Of a DNA stretch of 31,971 bases, positions 25,713-31,971 are shown piece by piece. The stretch spans positions 1 to 31,971 of the IMG/VR virus record IMGVR_UViG_3300032373_001196; one strand, given 5' to 3'. How positions within the stretch are numbered: the first letter of the stretch is position 1; each line of letters begins with the position of its first letter. This DNA comes from a virus. Its lineage: Duplodnaviria > Caudoviricetes. A program made the translations under genes and the position numbers. Below the pieces are notes generated by a model. It was not told where the DNA came from, did no database searches, and worked only from the letters and a program-made list of their open reading frames with translations.

Positions 25713-27995
25713 ATGCCCCATCTTATAACTGTCAGCAATCCTTTTCGTCCTTATGATGGGAGGCAGGTGAAGCGCGTTAAAAATGGCCTGACGGTCCAAG
25801 AGATTATTGAGGTTGAGAAGATCAACTTCACCATACCCTTTATTTGCTTGGTCAATGGCGAAGCTACTTTGCGGGGACAATGGAGCGTCAGGATTATTAC
25901 ACGCAATGATGTCATCAGCTTTGTAACACTGCCCCAAGGTGGCGGCGGAGGTGGTGGCGGTGGCAAAAATCCACTCAGAACCGTTCTTTCTATTGCTGTA
26001 ATGGTGGCGGCCCCTGCTATCGGTGGGGCGCTGGCAGGATCTTTGGGGGTGACTTCCGCCATTGGAACGGCATTGATTTCTGCCGGAGTTGCCTTGGCGG
26101 GTGCGGCACTGGTGAATGTTTTAGTACCACCGCCTAAGCCTTCTGCCCCTTCTATTGGAGGCGTGGGTAATACGACTATTCCAAGCCCCACGTATTCCTT
26201 GCAATCTCAAGGAAATCAAGCACGACTTGGGCAGCCCATTCCGGTGATCTATGGCCGGCATGTGACTTTTCCAGATCTAGCTTCAACACCATACTTTGAG
26301 TACGCCAATAATGATCAGTACCTTTATCAGCTGCATTGTATTGGCCAAGGGCTCTATGATCTGGAGCAAATTCGTATCGAAGATACACCCATCAGCTCTT
26401 TTGAGGAAGTCGAGTATGAGCTGGTGGAACCGGGGGGAGAAGTCACCTTATTTGATGCCGATGTGGTGACAGCCCCAGAAGTGGCCGGCCAAGAAATGCT
26501 ATCAGAAGCAGATGGCGTGGGCTGGATTGGGCCTTTTGCAGTAAACCCGCCTGAGACTCAAGCGCACCAGATTGGTATTGATATTGTCTTTTCCCGTGGT
26601 CTCTATTACGCAGATAATAACGGAAACCTGCAAAACAAAACGGTCAACTGGCAAGTTCAAGCACGCACCATCGATAATGATGGTGATTCTGTTGGAGATT
26701 GGACTACTCTAGGCACTGAAAGCCACACGGCCAACACCAATGAACAAATCCGCTTAACATACAACTACCCTGTAAGTTCTGACAGGTATGAAGTGCGACT
26801 GCAACGTACAGACACAAAAGATACTGATTCTCGTGCAGGACACGAAGCGCGCTGGCAAGGGGTGAAAGGGTATCTGGATGATGAATCTGATTTTGGGGAT
26901 GTTACCTTGCTGGCCGTTAAAATGCGCGCCACAGATAACCTTTCCCAGCGATCTTCAAGGCTGGTGAACTGCATTGTTACACGTAAGCTGCCTATGTGGG
27001 ACCCCGACAACGGATGGTCGGAGCCTCTGGCGACACGCTCAATTGCATGGGCTTTTGTTGACGCATGCCGCGCCGAATATGGGGCTGAGCTGGCAGATGA
27101 TCGCATTGATTTGCAAGCGCTCTACGATTTGCATCAAACATGGGAAGCCCGTGGAGATTATTTTGATGCCGTATTTGATCAAATCATCACCGTCTGGGAA
27201 GCACTCACGCGCATTTCTCGGTGCGGTCGATCTGTATCATTCATGCAGGGCGGAATTGTGCGCTGTGTCAGAGATGAAGAAAAAACTCTGCCGGTCGCAC
27301 TTTTTAGTCCCCGCAATATCGTGCGCGGCAGCTTTAAAATCCAATATCTAATGCCTGGAGAAGATACGGCGGATGCGGTGAAGGTGGAGTTTTATAACAA
27401 TCAGATTTGGGCTCCTGATGAAGTCACAGCTTCATTGCCGGATTCAATGGCAGAAAAACCAGCGGGTGTATCCTTGTTTGGCTGTACAGGGGAAGATCAA
27501 GCTAACCGGGAAGGATTATATATGGCAGCTGCCAATAGATACCGCCGGCGCATGATTACCTTCCAGACAGAACTGGAAGGCTTGATTCCAACATATGGAG
27601 ATCTCATTACCATATCCCACGATATGCCGCGCTGGGGCCAAGGGGGTGAGGTTATACATCTTGATGGCCTTGTCCTGAAACTGTCAGAGCCCTTGGAATG
27701 GGAGGATGACCAAGGAAATGATGTGACGCATTACATTGCTTTGCGCCGGCGAGATGGATCGGTGAGTGGCCCTTGGGAGGTCACACCAAATGGTAACAAT
27801 GCTGATGAAGCCTTGTTGGCAGAGACTTTGGATTTCACGCCTTATACCGGTACGGCAGAAGAGCGTACCCATTTCAGCTTTGGCCCAAGTGAAAACTGGG
27901 GATTGTTGGCTCGTGTCTTGGGCGTGCGCCCGCGCGGGGATCTGGTGGAGATTTCTGCCGTAGGTGAAAATCCTATCGTTCATTCATTCAACTAA
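25713..27995 (+). CDS. Host-specificity/central tail hub protein (gpI-J fusion type)
   Basis: N-terminal ubiquitin-like part ending PQGGGGGGGG, NQARLGQPIPVIYG, TRSIAWA. Confidence 0.9.
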   Translation: MPHLITVSNPFRPYDGRQVKRVKNGLTVQEIIEVEKINFTIPFICLVNGEATLRGQWSVRIITRNDVISFVTLPQGGGGGGGGGKNPLRTVLSIAVMVAAPAIGGALAGSLGVTSAIGTALISAGVALAGAALVNVLVPPPKPSAPSIGGVGNTTIPSPTYSLQSQGNQARLGQPIPVIYGRHVTFPDLASTPYFEYANNDQYLYQLHCIGQGLYDLEQIRIEDTPISSFEEVEYELVEPGGEVTLFDADVVTAPEVAGQEMLSEADGVGWIGPFAVNPPETQAHQIGIDIVFSRGLYYADNNGNLQNKTVNWQVQARTIDNDGDSVGDWTTLGTESHTANTNEQIRLTYNYPVSSDRYEVRLQRTDTKDTDSRAGHEARWQGVKGYLDDESDFGDVTLLAVKMRATDNLSQRSSRLVNCIVTRKLPMWDPDNGWSEPLATRSIAWAFVDACRAEYGAELADDRIDLQALYDLHQTWEARGDYFDAVFDQIITVWEALTRISRCGRSVSFMQGGIVRCVRDEEKTLPVALFSPRNIVRGSFKIQYLMPGEDTADAVKVEFYNNQIWAPDEVTASLPDSMAEKPAGVSLFGCTGEDQANREGLYMAAANRYRRRMITFQTELEGLIPTYGDLITISHDMPRWGQGGEVIHLDGLVLKLSEPLEWEDDQGNDVTHYIALRRRDGSVSGPWEVTPNGNNADEALLAETLDFTPYTGTAEERTHFSFGPSENWGLLARVLGVRPRGDLVEISAVGENPIVHSFN

Positions 27996-28005
27996 AGGAA
28001 CGCCC

Positions 28006-28278
28006 ATGCTGCGTGAAAACAAACCCAATCCCAAAAACGGCAACGGTAATGGCAACGGCCACTGGCATATCGATAAGCGTATCCCGGCCATCTTTCTGGT
28101 GACCGTGGTGCTGCAGACCGTAGCTGTGGTCTGGTGGGCGGCCCATCTGGATGCCCGGGTTAAAAACCTTGAGGTCTGGACCAATAACAACCGGCCACTC
28201 ATTGAAAAGATCAACCGGCTGGAAGAGCGCATTGACGGCATCCGCGATCTTCTGGAACGCATCGAAAAAAGGATTTAA
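28006..28278 (+). CDS. Single-TM coiled-coil protein (holin/XhlA-like)
   Basis: WHIDKRIP, TM segment, RLEERIDGIRDLLERIEK; RBS AAAGGAA. Confidence 0.65.
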   Translation: MLRENKPNPKNGNGNGNGHWHIDKRIPAIFLVTVVLQTVAVVWWAAHLDARVKNLEVWTNNNRPLIEKINRLEERIDGIRDLLERIEKRI

Positions 28279-28280
28279 CC

Positions 28281-29141
28281 ATGCTGATTGGCGTAAACAC
28301 CCTGATGACCAAGCAGGAAAAGGCGGCGGCCTCCATACTGGATTCCGATGATTTGCTAATCCACCTTGATGCTCACAAAAGTGTGAGCTTTGAAAACATT
28401 CTGGAGATGGTGGATTTCTCCAACCCGCATTTTATTCCCAATGCCGTGGGCCAATGGCTGGATACCTCCAACTTCGGCAATCATGTGAGCCCGCACCCGG
28501 ATACACCATACCCCACGTACAGTGACAGTCATTTGGGCAATCGCGGCGGCATTTTCTTTGAGGGCGGATCGAGTGCGGCCATGAATCTGGAAAACGCGGC
28601 CTTTACCCATGATCTCGTCAATTCTTTTGAAGTTTTCATGGTGAGCCGGGTGGATAGCAATGTGCCGGGGCAGGATCGATTGCTGGAAATCCGGGGGGAC
28701 GGCACGCAGGTAATCCTCTTAAAAGCGGATCAGTTCGACCGCGGCTGGTTCATCCGCTATGACACGGGCAATGTGGCGGAGCTGGCCACCAACATGAACT
28801 ATGGACATACATACATTCATAACCTCATTAATGATAACGACCAGTTGACCGCCCGGCTGAATAACGCCGTGGTGGCAACTGCCACGTTAAACCCCGGCGG
28901 CATTATGTCCGAAGCCGATGCCTTTGTGGTAGGCGGCTTTACCGGCACCAGTGCGGCCCGCCAGTACGTGGGCGAGATTCTGGTGTTCAACCGGGCACTT
29001 ACCTTCACCGAACGCGAATCCCTTTACACCAGTCTTTATAACAAATGGCTGCGTACCACCGGTGGCGGCGGCCCCGGCGAGGGAGAGTTTTACGACATTC
29101 AGCAATACAAACTGACGGACATGCTGGATCAGCAATTTTAA
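28281..29141 (+). CDS. LamG/concanavalin-A-like jelly-roll protein
   Basis: IHLDA, VGQWLDTSNFGNH, VGEILVFNRALT...LYNKW. Confidence 0.75.
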   Translation: MLIGVNTLMTKQEKAAASILDSDDLLIHLDAHKSVSFENILEMVDFSNPHFIPNAVGQWLDTSNFGNHVSPHPDTPYPTYSDSHLGNRGGIFFEGGSSAAMNLENAAFTHDLVNSFEVFMVSRVDSNVPGQDRLLEIRGDGTQVILLKADQFDRGWFIRYDTGNVAELATNMNYGHTYIHNLINDNDQLTARLNNAVVATATLNPGGIMSEADAFVVGGFTGTSAARQYVGEILVFNRALTFTERESLYTSLYNKWLRTTGGGGPGEGEFYDIQQYKLTDMLDQQF

Positions 29142-29155
29142 GAAAGGGCATTGCC

Positions 29156-29611
29156 ATGCTGACATTGATCGGAAGCCTGATCGGCTTTATTTCTTCCGCT
29201 TTCCCGGACCTTTTGAAACTTTTTCAGGATCATCAGGACCGCAAACATGAGTTAGCCATCCTTGACCGGCAAATGGAACAAGCCGCCCAAGGGCACTCTC
29301 ATCGGCTGGAAGAAATTAATGCCCAAGCGGATATTTCAGAAAGCCGCGCGCTATACCGTCATGCCAGTCTGCCAGCTGGCTATAAATGGATTGAGGGCCT
29401 GCGCGCCTCCGTCCGGCCTGTTATCACTTATGCATTTTTCACGCTCTTTGCCGTGGTGAAATACGCCGGGCTACAAAGCCTTCTGGATCAAGGGGTGCCC
29501 GTAACACAGGCTCTCATCGCGATCTGGGATCCAGAAACCCAAGCCCTGTTCGCCGCCGTCATCAGCTTCTGGTTTGGGCAACGAGCGTTGAATAAGTTCA
29601 GGAAGGGCTGA
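29156..29611 (+). CDS. Holin-like membrane protein
   Basis: MLTLIGSLIGF, LRASVRPVITY, ISFWFGQR; directly before the lysozyme. Confidence 0.75.
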   Translation: MLTLIGSLIGFISSAFPDLLKLFQDHQDRKHELAILDRQMEQAAQGHSHRLEEINAQADISESRALYRHASLPAGYKWIEGLRASVRPVITYAFFTLFAVVKYAGLQSLLDQGVPVTQALIAIWDPETQALFAAVISFWFGQRALNKFRKG

Positions 29612-29615
29612 GGCC

Positions 29616-30050
29616 ATGCGCCACATCACACAAGAAGGCTTGAATCTGATCAAGGAATTTGAGGGTTTTGAGCCGACCATTTATGAAGATGCTGCCGGCT
29701 ATCCTACCATTGGCTATGGTCATCTCATCCGGCCGGGAGAGAAATTCCCCAAGCGGATTACCAAGGCACAAGGAGAAGAGATTTTGCGCCAAGATGTGGG
29801 TGTGGCAGAGCGCGCTGTGGTGCGCTTAATCAATGCGCCCCTCTCTGACGGGCAGTTTGATGCGCTGGTCTCTTTCACCTTTAACCTTGGTGCCGGAGCA
29901 TTACAACGCTCAACCCTTCGTCGCAAGGTCAACCGTGAAGACCATGCCCACGTCCCAACAGAATTTATGCGCTGGGTCTGGGCTGGCGGCAGAAAGCTCA
30001 GGGGCTTAATCAGGCGACGTTCTGCTGAGGCTGATCTATATTTGGAATAG
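29616..30050 (+). CDS. Endolysin, GH24 lysozyme
   Basis: IKEFEG..YEDAAGYPTIGYGH, QFDALVSFTFNLG, GLIRRRSAEADL. Confidence 0.95.
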   Translation: MRHITQEGLNLIKEFEGFEPTIYEDAAGYPTIGYGHLIRPGEKFPKRITKAQGEEILRQDVGVAERAVVRLINAPLSDGQFDALVSFTFNLGAGALQRSTLRRKVNREDHAHVPTEFMRWVWAGGRKLRGLIRRRSAEADLYLE

Positions 30051-31971
30051 CCTGTTCTGATAATGTGGTATTTATTTTTTCAAACAAAGCTTCAAAATTA
30101 CTTATAGTTTTTTCCGACATTTTTGGAAGAAGCTTATCTCTTTGTCTCATAAGAATGTCAGCTGGTTTTCCATGATCAAACTTCTCACCTGTGTGCCGAT
30201 TAATTTGAGTGATTATTTGATCATTTCCATTAAGGTCTGAAACCTTAATGGCATTACCCTGGAAGGCTGCATTGTACAAAGACAAATAATCCCCTGGAGT
30301 GAAGAGATCTTCGATATCAGCAAATTTCTTGTCAACAAAATCCCCCACTAACAAAATTCTACTTTTTTCCAAAAGCCCTTTATTTGCAAGATTCATCAGT
30401 TTTTGATGTCCTGCTTTCTGGGAGTCAGCCAAAATAGTAACATCTAAGTGGTTACCTAAAAGAGCTGCAAATGTGGGAATCATATCTGCTCCCCCGACTG
30501 GAACCAACGACCATCTTTCATCTAAGTGATTTTTGCCGATTTCTCTAAGATGATTCGATATCACAGATAAATAGGTAAAATCTGAAGTTCCCTCAACAAC
30601 AAGGTTATTGGGAGAAACAAATAGGTTTTGTGCCAAGTCATAACCAAGGGCGCCCTGCAGCGGGAAGAGTGTATCAGGATCATTTGCGAAAATGTCAGCA
30701 CTTACTTTAGTACCATAAATCTCTGGTCGGCCAGCTTCCTTTACTTTTATTACATCCTCTACGACCCTAACATCCTCAAGTCGGTTTACCGGCACCATAA
30801 AAGGGGAATGCGTACTAAAAATAATTTGATGGTTGGGTTCAAGTTTTTCTTCCATGTACCGTAGTAAGTCTTCCTGAGCTTTTCCATGCAATGTTAAACC
30901 TGGCTCATCCAGCAGAATAATAACGTTTCCAAATTCTTTTCTAACTTGCGCAAATTTGACGAGAAATGAAAAAAACCAAATAAACCCAGCACTTCTCTCT
31001 GAAAAAGGGACGCTTACTCTGTGCAAGGTATTTTTTACTCGTGCCCTTGCAACTGTTCCTGTATTAAATGGTGCCGGATCATTAGGCTCTGCTTTTGTAA
31101 GCGTCACCACGACTTCCAAGTAGGGGTTCTGGAGCCAGTATTCCATCAATTGATCTGTAATCTTATTTGAAGCTGCTTCACAGCGAGAGTTAAGGTCTTC
31201 ATATGTGGTTGTGCTGCATATCTCTTCCAGGGTCGTTCCTGCATATTCGAGAAAATCAAGGAAAACTTGGTCTTCCTCAGAAATTTTAACATTGTTTTGT
31301 TTATTATTATTAAGTGCATCAATTGAAATTTGCCCACTCATACGGTCATAGTGAGAAAAGTACAAGAAATGGGGCATTTTTTGAGAGAAACTTCCGATGG
31401 CTTCTTCTGTAATACTTTGATTTTTAAAGCCTGCGACAACTTTTAAAAGGTTCTCTTGTTTTTCAGTGGGGCTGCTTACTTCCTGGAGAGACTTATATAA
31501 GGCTTTGGTAGTTTTACACTCTTTAAGGGAAGCCTGCTCCGAAGCATTGAGTTTATGGGAAGAGATGAGATGCTTAACGATCAACTCTTGATTTATATCA
31601 AATGACCAATAAGTAGTCCCTTCGTAGCCTCCAGAAACTTTTATCAAACCGTTCCCAAGAGAACCTTCACCAAATTTTTGCTCGAACTCTTCCTGATCCT
31701 TTTGATCTATTGCCCAAACAGTTTTAGTAACCGTAGCCTCTTCCCCATCATGCCTTTCACCGTAATCGTTTAAAAATCTGCGGGGATAATCACGAGTTTT
31801 ATTGTATTCAACATCTTGTCCATTGTGAGGCCGAAGAGCTGCAAGAGCTTGTAGTATTGCTGTTTTTCCTGCCTCGTTCTTACCTACCAAGCAGGTCATA
31901 CCCCCAACATCAAATTCTTGTGAATCTTCGACAGATCTGAAATTCTGAACTCGTACTTTTTTAAGTTTCAT
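30010..31971 (-). CDS. OLD-family ABC-ATPase/TOPRIM nuclease, putative anti-phage defence
   Basis: NFRS, GKNEAGKT, SERSAG, LLDEPGLTLH, STHSPF, VVEGTSD, IEDLF. Confidence 0.85.
   Translation of the reverse strand: MKLKKVRVQNFRSVEDSQEFDVGGMTCLVGKNEAGKTAILQALAALRPHNGQDVEYNKTRDYPRRFLNDYGERHDGEEATVTKTVWAIDQKDQEEFEQKFGEGSLGNGLIKVSGGYEGTTYWSFDINQELIVKHLISSHKLNASEQASLKECKTTKALYKSLQEVSSPTEKQENLLKVVAGFKNQSITEEAIGSFSQKMPHFLYFSHYDRMSGQISIDALNNNKQNNVKISEEDQVFLDFLEYAGTTLEEICSTTTYEDLNSRCEAASNKITDQLMEYWLQNPYLEVVVTLTKAEPNDPAPFNTGTVARARVKNTLHRVSVPFSERSAGFIWFFSFLVKFAQVRKEFGNVIILLDEPGLTLHGKAQEDLLRYMEEKLEPNHQIIFSTHSPFMVPVNRLEDVRVVEDVIKVKEAGRPEIYGTKVSADIFANDPDTLFPLQGALGYDLAQNLFVSPNNLVVEGTSDFTYLSVISNHLREIGKNHLDERWSLVPVGGADMIPTFAALLGNHLDVTILADSQKAGHQKLMNLANKGLLEKSRILLVGDFVDKKFADIEDLFTPGDYLSLYNAAFQGNAIKVSDLNGNDQIITQINRHTGEKFDHGKPADILMRQRDKLLPKMSEKTISNFEALFEKINTTLSEQAIPNIDQPQQNVA

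Larger units (their letters stand above)
7691..31971. mobile_element. Lambda-type siphovirus prophage or prophage-derived element (right end outside the window)
   Basis: Continuous head-tail-lysis operon bounded on the left by an att scar. Confidence 0.85.

Noticed and set aside
8120-29932. Many short antisense or alternate-frame ORFs within phage genes
   Set aside because: Shadow ORFs fully overlapping well-supported genes, without recognisable motifs.

Overview
The window has two parts. (1) 343-7800 is an AT-rich accessory tract next to a host csaA gene. It contains three progressively decayed copies of a tRNA-Met 3'-end att core, each followed ~55 bp later by paired TACCC arm-type repeats, and a 20-codon P4-type integrase remnant fused to an XRE HTH fragment. 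Its cargo is a SF2 helicase with five unusual C-terminal repeats and two paralogous stand-alone 'mini-MuF + variable C-terminus' genes. These two genes share an upstream motif, carry colicin-M-like tails (clear for the first, weak for the second) and sit next to membrane proteins, so they are candidate toxin/immunity pairs. (2) 7950-30050 is an apparently intact lambda-type siphovirus morphogenesis and lysis operon: cosQ, terminases, portal, S49 protease/scaffold, capsid, tail with a -1 frameshift chaperone, RCC1-propeller module, J, holins and lysozyme. It starts only ~230 bp from the third att scar with no early genes in between, and is followed by a convergent OLD-family ATPase/TOPRIM nuclease. 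The host is probably an alphaproteobacterium (inferred from the tRNA fragment and prophage type). All calls come from motif recognition by eye; no database searches were run.
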